Notes under the pieces: generated by a model
What the model was told of the DNA's origin: nothing
Databases searched by the model: none
Seen by the model: only the letters and a program-made list of their open reading frames with translations
From: Candidatus Micrarchaeota archaeon
Lineage (GTDB): Archaea > Micrarchaeota > Micrarchaeia > Micrarchaeales > Micrarchaeaceae
NCBI GenBank assembly: GCA_021799475.1
Contig: JAJZAJ010000002.1
Coordinates: forward strand, 82,855 to 146,854
Direction of reading: 5' to 3'
DNA: 64,000 nucleotides
Shown here: one piece after another, positions 56,714 to 64,000 of the stretch
How the letters are laid out: each line of letters opens with the position of its first letter
How positions within the stretch are numbered: the first letter of the stretch is position 1
Made by a program: the position numbers and the translations under genes

Positions 56714-57055
56714 TCAGATTGTCCAACCGAATATCGCCTTCAGCAGGACGATTATAAATACGGCAGGAAGGCCGAATATTGCTACGACTATTATTACGGG
56801 CACCGTTATCGCTATCGCCATTCCGAAAAAGTAATTTATAAGGAAAAGAGAAAGAAGCCCGAGAACGCTGTTCGCAATGAGCTGGAATATTATGTGCAGG
56901 AAAAATCTGCCAAGAACGAAAACTATCCCTATAAGGGCCAATACGAGCACCAGCGTCAACACTGTGCTTGACAGCGATGCGGTTGTGAGAATTGCCGGTA
57001 ATGCGGATAATAACATATAGCTATTTGCACAACTAACGCTTATAAACAGTTGCAA
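56714..57055 (-). CDS. small integral membrane protein (BofA-like)
   Basis: 113 aa with 3-4 TM helices. NSVLGLLSLFLINYFFGMAIAITVPVIIVVAIFGLPAV resembles BofA-family proteins. Confidence 0.4.
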   Translation of the reverse strand: MQLFISVSCANSYMLLSALPAILTTASLSSTVLTLVLVLALIGIVFVLGRFFLHIIFQLIANSVLGLLSLFLINYFFGMAIAITVPVIIVVAIFGLPAVFIIVLLKAIFGWTI

Positions 57056-57076
57056 ATGCTAAGGAGAACAAAACTG

Positions 57077-57089
57077 CTATATATTAAAG
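57077..57089 (+). promoter_or_regulatory. TATA box (CTATATATTAAAG) for the RNase P RNA gene
   Basis: Centred about 24-27 nt upstream of the first base of the terminal helix (57106). Confidence 0.5.
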
Positions 57090-57105
57090 CATCCAATTGT
57101 ATCTT

Positions 57106-57336
57106 GGTGGCAGGCGGGCAGCCTACCGAAAGGAGGAAGCTCCTCTCATACAGAGCACATTTGGCCTAAGGCCTGATTCGGAACAGAAACGATACCAAAA
57201 CAGCGTACAAGCAATGACTTTACGAGCGCGCTGGGATGGATGAAACGCGCCGATGCGTGTGCAGTGAGTATGCAAGGCGATAACGCCGCTCAGTCTAATG
57301 CTGCCTAAAACAAAAAGAGGGCTACGGCCTGCCACT
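57106..57336 (+). ncRNA. rnpB: RNase P RNA, unusually compact (about 230 nt)
   Basis: The terminal helix GTGGCAGGC/GCCTGCCAC closes the molecule. CR-I-like GGAGGAAGCTCCTC pairs with CR-V-like ACAAAAAGAGGGCTAC to form P4 (AGC[T]CCTC/GAGGGCT) with the conserved bulged U. There is a P3-like hairpin with a GAAA loop, an AACAGAAAC element and a GGATGGATGAAAC (AGATGAAT-like) element. It has its own TATA box. Confidence 0.7.
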
Positions 57337-57338
57337 AC

Positions 57339-58673
57339 TTATGCTTGGTTGCGATGGCTGGTATGCTGGCCTCCACGGCCTGCACTGCTTCTGAAACCTT
57401 CCCTGCGTTCATGGAAACGGCTTCCACCATGCGTATGACGCCTTCCATCAGAATGACCGCGGCCGCCGCCGAAGTGTCTCGGTTGACCTCCCCTATCGCT
57501 ATAGGCATTGCTTCTGCCTGAATCAAGATATTTCCTTATGTCAACGCAGCGCAGGTCCTGGTCAGATATATGGATTGGTGTCATGTCTATGTTGTCTATC
57601 CTTTTAATCACATTGACAAGATAGCGTTGCTCATATGAGAAAAGAGTGAACGCCCTGCCTTCATTTTCCATCCTTGCTGATCTCCCGACTCTGTGCACAT
57701 ATACTGCAGGATCATCCGGAGCATCGAAATTTATCACATCGGTGACATCCTTTATGTCAAGGCCTCTTGCGGCTATGTTTGTTGATATCATGAATTGTGC
57801 ACCCTGCTTGAAACTATCAAGAGAGCGCTCCCTTTTTGCCTGTGTCAAATCGCCATGCATTACAACAGTATCAAAGCCCTCGCCCCGCAATACTCTGTGT
57901 AACAGGTCTGCACTTCGTTTTGTCATTGTGAATACTATTGCCTTCTTTGGCTGATATTTCCTTATATATGTTATAAGAGCACCAAATTTGCTGGAGCCAT
58001 TTGCAATGGCGTAATAGTGGTCTATGCCCTGGGCAGTTATCTCCTCCTCTTTCCCTACTTTTATTATTTTCTTGTTATCCCTCATATAGTTGTCTGACAT
58101 AGATATTATCTTTTCTGGCATCGTTGCACTGAATAGCATAGTCTGCTTGTTGGATGGAGTTCTTCCTAATATAAACTCTATATCTTCTATGAAACCCATA
58201 TCCAGCATCGTATCGGCCTCATCAAGAACCACGAACTTTACACTGTCCAGCTTCAGCACCCCTCTTTCTATAAGGTCTATGAGCCTACCAGGAGTCCCTA
58301 CTACGATATTGACTCCGCGTCTGAGCGCATCCATCTGCACATTTATAGAAGCCCCTCCATATACCGTTGTGGTCCTGAAGCCGAGCGGCTCTGCCATCTT
58401 TGATGCGACTTCTGAAACTTGCAGGGCAAGCTCTCTCGTCGGAGTTATGATAAGGGCATTTACATGTCTTGTGTTCTGCGGCAGCATCTCGATTATCGGT
58501 ATCATGAATGCGCCGGTCTTCCCAGTACCGGTCTTTGCCCTTACGACCACATCGTGCCCTTTTAGCACTACAGGGATTGCTTCCCTTTGCACTTCTGTCG
58601 GCTTGATGAAATTCATCTTTCTCAGTGCTTCGACTAGCTCCCCTTTTAGGGGCATCTGACTAAATTCTTCCAT
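57339..58673 (-). CDS. DEAD-box ATP-dependent RNA helicase with Arg/Gly-rich C-terminal tail
   Basis: 444 aa. Q-motif PTEVQ, AKTGTGKT, PTRELA, VLDEADTMLD, SAT, ARGLD and HRVGRSAR. The tail reads GGQPRHFGGGRGHSDGRR.... Confidence 0.9.
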   Translation of the reverse strand: MEEFSQMPLKGELVEALRKMNFIKPTEVQREAIPVVLKGHDVVVRAKTGTGKTGAFMIPIIEMLPQNTRHVNALIITPTRELALQVSEVASKMAEPLGFRTTTVYGGASINVQMDALRRGVNIVVGTPGRLIDLIERGVLKLDSVKFVVLDEADTMLDMGFIEDIEFILGRTPSNKQTMLFSATMPEKIISMSDNYMRDNKKIIKVGKEEEITAQGIDHYYAIANGSSKFGALITYIRKYQPKKAIVFTMTKRSADLLHRVLRGEGFDTVVMHGDLTQAKRERSLDSFKQGAQFMISTNIAARGLDIKDVTDVINFDAPDDPAVYVHRVGRSARMENEGRAFTLFSYEQRYLVNVIKRIDNIDMTPIHISDQDLRCVDIRKYLDSGRSNAYSDRGGQPRHFGGGRGHSDGRRHTHGGSRFHERREGFRSSAGRGGQHTSHRNQA

Positions 58674-58815
58674 TTTCTCACGTTTGGAAGACGCTGAGCT
58701 ATTTTCTCAACGAAGAATGTTACTTGAAAAGCAGACATTTACGTGCTTGAATAGAACGCGCCTTCTTACTGTTTAAGTGTGTATCACCGAAGTATATAAA
58801 GCTATGTTTTCATCA

Positions 58816-60075
58816 TTATTTAGCACGCAGATAGTCGTTTATAGACTGCTGTTTTATCATGTCGGATAATATCCTGCTGTTTTTTATCCAGTCCTTTCTT
58901 TTTATATCTAATTTGCTTTCGATATAGCTAAACAGCTCCGTTTTGGTGTGCATAATCGCCGGTTCTTTTTCCAACGTCTGGCGCACGTGCTCCCTTACGT
59001 TCCAGACACCAACAGGCATTATGTATCCCTCGTGCACTTCCCTTAATATAAGGATTTTAGCCTGCTTCTGCATAATCTGCAGCTTCTCTGTTACCGCAAG
59101 CCGTCCAGAATAATAGCAGCCCCCCATTTCAGCATATTTGCTCCTTCCCTTGTATCCCTCATATGAACCAATCATTGATATCTCCTTGCCGCCTTCATTC
59201 CATACTGTGCCGGGCCACCATGCCTCTATCGATTCGTACTGCCAGTTGCCGGGCATAAATAATATAAGCCATCTGTTGTCAAGAGCTTCGTCATAATATG
59301 CATATATGACATCAACAGGTTCGAAAACTTTGACCTCTTCACGGTTGTGTTTAGAAAGAGTATCATCAACCGCAGTTATGCTCCATCTTGTCGGTACAAA
59401 TTTTCTTTTTGTGCCTATCCCTAGCGTTCCGGCAGACAGTGCTCTTTGAATTTGAGACACTAGAAGGTTGTTTTTGTAAAGCTCGATCATTGCGGTTGTA
59501 GCTGTCGCATCTGTGTCGCTGTACTTTTTCTCGAGTTGCTTGTCTGAGCGTACATTACCCATGTCTAAAGATTTTATGCTGGCGCTCGGGCCAAAAGGCT
59601 GAACCTCATCGAAAAAATTCACTCTTGCAGCTGGTTTTTTCAGGAACTCTAATTCCACATCGGCAGGTTTCTCGGCCAGAGCAAGGTCTCTCATACGCTC
59701 TTCGATCCTTCCTTTCTCCACATCATGCACATTGGTTGTATACATCCCCCTTACGAGTTTCGACCTGAACCTGACAATATCTTCTATTGATATGTACTTC
59801 CAGCGCTCTGGGGTGCCTAGCAACGATGTGTCGCCGAATTCTGGCGGGACCATCGGGCCTATGAAGACTTTTGGGTATCCCCATCTACCGACAAATATTT
59901 CGGTTGGGCTAGAGCCGGCCATGTCGAGCCTGTCGGTAACCGCCTGTGTTTTTATGCTGTAATAATATCTGAGCAGGGCCGGATCCCTCATGTGCTGATA
60001 GACTATGTTGGAGCGTTTTACTATCAGATTGGTGGAAAGCTCTTTTATTATTTTATCCCTGTCTACCTCTGCCAT
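58816..60075 (-). CDS. conserved archaeal Nre-like protein (DUF650/DUF651 architecture), putative DNA-repair role
   Basis: 419 aa. The segment PTEIFVGRWGYPKVFIGPMVPP and the overall size are as I recall for archaeal NreA. Assigned from memory of the family, not from a search. Confidence 0.45.
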   Translation of the reverse strand: MAEVDRDKIIKELSTNLIVKRSNIVYQHMRDPALLRYYYSIKTQAVTDRLDMAGSSPTEIFVGRWGYPKVFIGPMVPPEFGDTSLLGTPERWKYISIEDIVRFRSKLVRGMYTTNVHDVEKGRIEERMRDLALAEKPADVELEFLKKPAARVNFFDEVQPFGPSASIKSLDMGNVRSDKQLEKKYSDTDATATTAMIELYKNNLLVSQIQRALSAGTLGIGTKRKFVPTRWSITAVDDTLSKHNREEVKVFEPVDVIYAYYDEALDNRWLILFMPGNWQYESIEAWWPGTVWNEGGKEISMIGSYEGYKGRSKYAEMGGCYYSGRLAVTEKLQIMQKQAKILILREVHEGYIMPVGVWNVREHVRQTLEKEPAIMHTKTELFSYIESKLDIKRKDWIKNSRILSDMIKQQSINDYLRAK

Positions 60076-60135
60076 ATGCTGCTTTTATATTCCTATATTT
60101 TTAATGATTACAAGCAGCAGATTATATGTGACTAT

Positions 60136-60405
60136 ATGAGTGAAAGAAGTGCTAAATGTGCCGGTAATTGGCAGAACCGTGAAAACATTACTAATGTCAA
60201 CTCAATAATAATAGCAGGCATAGGACAAGTTGATATTATCAGAGATGAGGAGAGGCGATTGTTTATCGTAGAAGCAAAGGATCATTACGCCAAAACTTCT
60301 TTCTCATCCGATACCTGCGTAAAGGAGGCGGTTGAGGACATGCTCCGCCAGTTTGGGTTGGATACGCCGCCGCAGATAGGCTGGCTGAGAAAAGCGGAGC
60401 TGTAA
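60136..60405 (+). CDS. hypothetical small protein (89 aa)
   Basis: Internal ATG of the 59992 ORF. The upstream part overlaps the Nre gene start. No motif. Confidence 0.3.
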   Translation: MSERSAKCAGNWQNRENITNVNSIIIAGIGQVDIIRDEERRLFIVEAKDHYAKTSFSSDTCVKEAVEDMLRQFGLDTPPQIGWLRKAEL

Positions 60406-60413
60406 TCCGAGTA

Positions 60414-61463
60414 CTAAACATTATTTGGGATATACCTTTGTCCGTTGCTGTTTATGAATATGGTGTAAGTTGCACCATAGAATACATTGTTGCTGTTTGG
60501 GTTTGTTCCATTAGCCAAGAATACTACTACAGTATATTCGCCCGGGCCGTCCTGCGCTATCAGTTTACTCATGTTGAATGCAATATTGAAATTCTGCCCC
60601 TGTACTTGGTACTCCGTCGCATTTATATTGATAAAGTTTTTAAAGCTGTAAGATACCCCTCCAGAAGTATAAGATATGCCTGCTGTGACGTTGCCATATC
60701 CGTATGAGCCATTATATGGGGCATTATGAAGCTGCTGTGGCGTGAGATTCGTTATCATAGGGTCATAGAGTATCTGTACGCCATAATTTTTAGATAGGGA
60801 GTAATTTTGTGCAACTGTGCCTTGCAGTTTGACTGTTCCGTTGTTGTAGCTTGGAGTGTCGTAGAACCATGATATGTGTGAATCTATGAAATCTTCAACT
60901 AGGTATACAGTGGTTGCGTTGTACGCAACGCCGATACTTACTTGATTGTGGTGACCAGTAAGGATGTTATCCCTATGCCCATTATGCTCAGCCTGGTCTC
61001 TATACATCATATTGAACTCCATCTGTTTTAATGCGTCTATTACGTTTATCCCGGCGGAATTGAACTCCCACGCAACATTCTCATCGACTGAACCGTTACC
61101 CCCAAGCAGAGTGTAGCGCATATAGGGCTTCATCCCGTATATATCCCAATGGCTGAAGTAGTTGTTCTGAAGCATACTTTCGGCATGCTGCTGTCCGGAA
61201 GTTATCTGTGAGAGGGTCACGTTAGCTAAACTGTAGTTCATCCTATCTTTGTTTATAAGCGATAGCACATATGCGACTGCCTGGCTCTGCGGTAAAGAAC
61301 TTTGTTGTATTGTCGTAGATGGATATGTAAGGTTATATTGGGTGCTGTTCAAGAAGTTGCCGATACTGAAGGATGATTGACTCGGGAGATAGTTTATAAG
61401 CGTATAGATAAGCAGAAGAGCTATCGCGAATCCTAAAAATACACTTACCATCTTGCCTATCAT
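60414..61463 (-). CDS. secreted CAP/SCP (YkwD-like) domain protein with C-terminal extension
   Basis: A signal-anchor (VSVFLGFAIALLLIYTLI) is followed by YVLSLINKDR...QQHAESMLQNNYFSHWD...ENVAW...HNGHRDNIL, the CAP-domain blocks. Many N-x-S/T sequons. Confidence 0.65.
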   Translation of the reverse strand: MIGKMVSVFLGFAIALLLIYTLINYLPSQSSFSIGNFLNSTQYNLTYPSTTIQQSSLPQSQAVAYVLSLINKDRMNYSLANVTLSQITSGQQHAESMLQNNYFSHWDIYGMKPYMRYTLLGGNGSVDENVAWEFNSAGINVIDALKQMEFNMMYRDQAEHNGHRDNILTGHHNQVSIGVAYNATTVYLVEDFIDSHISWFYDTPSYNNGTVKLQGTVAQNYSLSKNYGVQILYDPMITNLTPQQLHNAPYNGSYGYGNVTAGISYTSGGVSYSFKNFININATEYQVQGQNFNIAFNMSKLIAQDGPGEYTVVVFLANGTNPNSNNVFYGATYTIFINSNGQRYIPNNV

Positions 61464-61525
61464 AGCCCATCACACAGATATATTGTTAGAGGATATATTA
61501 TGGGAAACGCTTATTAATCTGTGTT

Positions 61526-62623
61526 GTGTGTTTAGGTCTTATGTCAGCGCTCAAAATTCGGTTGAAGAAAATATTTGATAATGCTAATTTCGATGTTCTT
61601 TTTATAATGAATAGCAGTAGAAGGGACAGCAATTTCACATACTTGACAGATTTCACAAGCGGAGTATTCGAGCAGAGCATACTCATAGCAAAGCGGGATG
61701 GAGCTGTTCTTTTGACTTCAGAGCTCGAATATGAAACTGCCATGCTGCAGAGACAAGATGGACTGCGTATCATGGCAGTGCATAGTGCAAGGGAAATTGA
61801 AAAGGTCATAAAGGATATGATACAAGGAAAGATTGTAGGTATAGATTACGGTTTTCTTTCTTATCGTGCTTACAGGATAGTGAAAAAATATGGAAAACCG
61901 AAAAAGATAGTCGATGCATCAGACGCTCTAAGGCTTGCGAGAGAAGTAAAGGACAAGGCAGAGCTGGTTAAGATGAAAAAAGCGGCTCAGATAGTGAAAC
62001 TGGCATTTAAAAATATACAGCGCCACTTCCGCGTAGGGATTACCGAAAAAAAGATAGCTGCGTTATTCGACAGCATCATGATGGAAAATGGGGCAGATGG
62101 CACTTCCTTTGCGACTATAGTGTGTTTCGGAAATAATGCGGCTGAGCCGCACCACTCTCCAGATAATACACGGCTTCGCAAAAACAATTTTATCCTTATC
62201 GATGCCGGAGCTCTCTATAAGAATTACTGTTCTGATATGACAAGAACATTTATTTTCATGCCTGATAAGAGATCCGCAAAATACAAAAAAATGTTAGACA
62301 TGTATAATACAGTAAAAGAGGCGCAGGAGCGTGCATTTGCTGTGGCAGAGGCAGGTGCTGAAGGGAGCGAAGTAGATGCTGCAGCAAGGAGTTACATTGA
62401 CAGCGCAAGCGGAGGAATATACAAGGGGAAATTCATAACTGCATTAGGGCATTCGATAGGTATCGATGTGCATGATACAGGACCAGTTCTTGCCGGAAGG
62501 AAATATATACTAAAGGAGAATATGGTCGTAAGCAATGAGCCTGGGATATACATACCGGGCTTTGGAGGTGTAAGAATAGAGGATGACATGCTTATAATGA
62601 AAAAGAAAGCGAAATTCTTATGA
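61526..62623 (+). CDS. pepQ: Xaa-Pro dipeptidase / aminopeptidase P (M24B)
   Basis: The metal ligands are in context: HHSPDN, LIDAGALYKNYCSDMTRTF, GHSIGIDVHD, SNEPGIY and VRIEDD. The likely start is the ATG at 61541. Confidence 0.9.
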   Translation: MCLGLMSALKIRLKKIFDNANFDVLFIMNSSRRDSNFTYLTDFTSGVFEQSILIAKRDGAVLLTSELEYETAMLQRQDGLRIMAVHSAREIEKVIKDMIQGKIVGIDYGFLSYRAYRIVKKYGKPKKIVDASDALRLAREVKDKAELVKMKKAAQIVKLAFKNIQRHFRVGITEKKIAALFDSIMMENGADGTSFATIVCFGNNAAEPHHSPDNTRLRKNNFILIDAGALYKNYCSDMTRTFIFMPDKRSAKYKKMLDMYNTVKEAQERAFAVAEAGAEGSEVDAAARSYIDSASGGIYKGKFITALGHSIGIDVHDTGPVLAGRKYILKENMVVSNEPGIYIPGFGGVRIEDDMLIMKKKAKFL

Positions 62624-62647
62624 TAACATAAGGGAATTTAGAGAGTA

Positions 62648-63010
62648 TCAGCCATACAGCTTATTAAGATATTCCTTTTCTGCAGGTGATCCTGTAGTCT
62701 CTATCTCGTTGGATGCCGCATCGAAACCATCCTTGTCTCCGGTTCTGAGAAGAATTATCGCATTTACCGGCCTCACAAGGTCCTTCAGCTCATAAAGCCG
62801 TCTTGTCAGCTCCTTCAGGTAATTATAGCTAAGGCCTGTTTCGGACATCATCCTGGCACGGAAATTATCGTCTATAGGACCAAGATACGCCATTATGATG
62901 TTCTTCCATTCGTCCACATTGTTTGGCTTGACAATTCTTGGTAGTGATTTGTCGTCTTTGATTATTGTCTGTGTAGTTGCAGGTAAAGCCATGATATCGC
63001 CATTCTTCAT
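62648..63010 (-). CDS. hypothetical protein (about 120 aa)
   Basis: ORF with start taken at MKNGDIMALP. No motif. Confidence 0.4.
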   Translation of the reverse strand: MKNGDIMALPATTQTIIKDDKSLPRIVKPNNVDEWKNIIMAYLGPIDDNFRARMMSETGLSYNYLKELTRRLYELKDLVRPVNAIILLRTGDKDGFDAASNEIETTGSPAEKEYLNKLYG

Positions 63011-63144
63011 TCTTTTATTTTCCTCTCTTTCTGTTCTAATAAATATTATGCAAGTCGAATATTTAAACACCATTATTTATAGAAAATTTCTACAATAGAC
63101 TGTTGATTTTGACTACATGCCTTGTCCGCAGTGAGCTTTCTGTT

Positions 63145-64000
63145 TTATGCTGATTTTAACATATTGTTGAGTTCCTGCCCATCGATAACAAGACGGTATT
63201 TAGACATCAGCTCCTTCCTAGCTATGTCGGAATTCCCATGGGTTTTTGCTTTCGCTTCTTCCACAAGTTTTTTCAGTTCTTTTCCGGTTACGCGCCTCAG
63301 CGACAGCCTCTTTATTATAGTTTGCACATCTGCATCCTTCTTTGAAAGCTCCTTCAGTATCTCATCCAGCGCTTGTTTTGTTATATCCCCTTTGAAATAG
63401 AGATCGAACATGCTGGAAAGACGCTCTTCTCCTATACTGTCGGCATCGAATCCTGCCCTCTTGAGCTCCACAAACTTCTGAAGAAGCACGTTAGCCACAA
63501 TATTTGGGTCTCCCTTGGTGGAAAGCGACATGAACAACCCGAGTTTTGGTGATGTAAGCAGCCGTTCTGCAAGCTGCTGGTCGGAAAGCAGTTTTGACAG
63601 TTTCTTCCTCATTTTGTCCGCATCGGGAGCGGACTCTTTTGCAGCTTTAATCATTTTAGGCGTTATCAGTATTGGTTTCATATCTGTCTCAGGATACATC
63701 CGTGCACCGCCAGGTAGCGGCCTTAAAAACCTCGTGGTAAACTTATCTGTGTTAAGAGTACCCCTTGTCTCAAGAGGTATGCCGATAAGTGCATGCCTTG
63801 CCCTGCCGATGGCAAATGTGGCTGCCTTCTCAGCCTGCCCCTTTCCTCCCGCTATGAGAACAAAGGCGTCTTCCTGGTCCAAATATAGGCTCTTTCTGAC
63901 TGCAGATACTTCTTCATCGCTTATACCATAGCCATGCAGCATCTCATCGCTGTGTATTATGCCATTTACACCTGCCATCTTTGCATAATCGCTTATCTCG
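63145..64000 (-). CDS. gatE: Glu-tRNA(Gln) amidotransferase subunit E, C-terminal part (gene continues beyond the window)
   Basis: GVNGIIHSDE...GISDEE, LPGGARMYPETD, and a C-terminal GatB/YqeY-type helical domain. The ORF is open at the window end. Confidence 0.85.
   Translation of the reverse strand, partial: EISDYAKMAGVNGIIHSDEMLHGYGISDEEVSAVRKSLYLDQEDAFVLIAGGKGQAEKAATFAIGRARHALIGIPLETRGTLNTDKFTTRFLRPLPGGARMYPETDMKPILITPKMIKAAKESAPDADKMRKKLSKLLSDQQLAERLLTSPKLGLFMSLSTKGDPNIVANVLLQKFVELKRAGFDADSIGEERLSSMFDLYFKGDITKQALDEILKELSKKDADVQTIIKRLSLRRVTGKELKKLVEEAKAKTHGNSDIARKELMSKYRLVIDGQELNNMLKSA

Noticed and set aside
57106-57336. Alternative reading of this structured RNA as SRP (7S) RNA
   Set aside because: A long terminal helix would fit either RNA. 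But the P4 pairing with a bulged U and the CR-I/CR-V-like motifs fit RNase P, and I could not find SRP helix-8/helix-6 motifs.
57123-57526. Two minus-strand ORFs (70 and 63 aa) downstream of the DEAD-box gene
   Set aside because: The first lies entirely within the RNase P RNA. The second lies in an alternative frame of the helicase C-terminal RG-rich region. Neither has promoter or family support.

Overview
This is an archaeal chromosomal segment. The diagnostic genes are an rpoH / split rpoB'' + rpoB' / rpoA' / rpoA'' operon, an archaeal histone, Hjc, Hel308, RFC small subunit, GatE, an Sm protein and an intron-containing tRNA. Most genes have a TTTAAATAT-type TATA box about 25-30 nt upstream of the start codon, which implies leaderless transcripts. 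By eye the window is AT-rich, roughly 40% G+C. The compact gene spacing and several decayed gene fragments would fit a small-genome archaeon, but I cannot name the taxon from sequence alone.

Core content:
- purF, a Hef-like helicase and hjc (1.3-4.9 kb)
- the RNA polymerase operon, followed by an Sm gene and tRNA-Ala (22.3-30.1 kb)
- a TCA block with sdhABCD, a class II fumarase/aspartase and malic enzyme (32.9-40.7 kb)
- rfcS, bcp, cysDN, ubiE-like methyltransferase, Y-family polymerase, trxB, hel308, histone, a compact RNase P RNA, a DEAD-box helicase, an Nre-like protein, an M24 peptidase and gatE (3' partial)
- three tRNAs: Phe-GAA with intron, Ala-GGC and Pro-TGG

The most unusual part is an accessory stretch at about 5.0-21 kb, between hjc and the rpo operon. 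It is filled with ORFans that each have their own promoter, and with toxin-antitoxin or abortive-infection-type modules: a nucleotidyltransferase (NTase)-fold gene with an XRE-like HTH gene, VapBC, and a G+C-rich AbiEii/AbiEi pair. It also holds a 39-nt repeat and a shared promoter module that precede successive orphan genes, a recurring TTAGAA-N-TTCTAA palindrome, and three gene remnants (Pif1-like helicase, P-type ATPase, deaminase).

I saw no CRISPR array, cas genes, integrase, transposase, reverse transcriptase or rRNA. All functional calls rest on motif recognition by eye, not on database searches.
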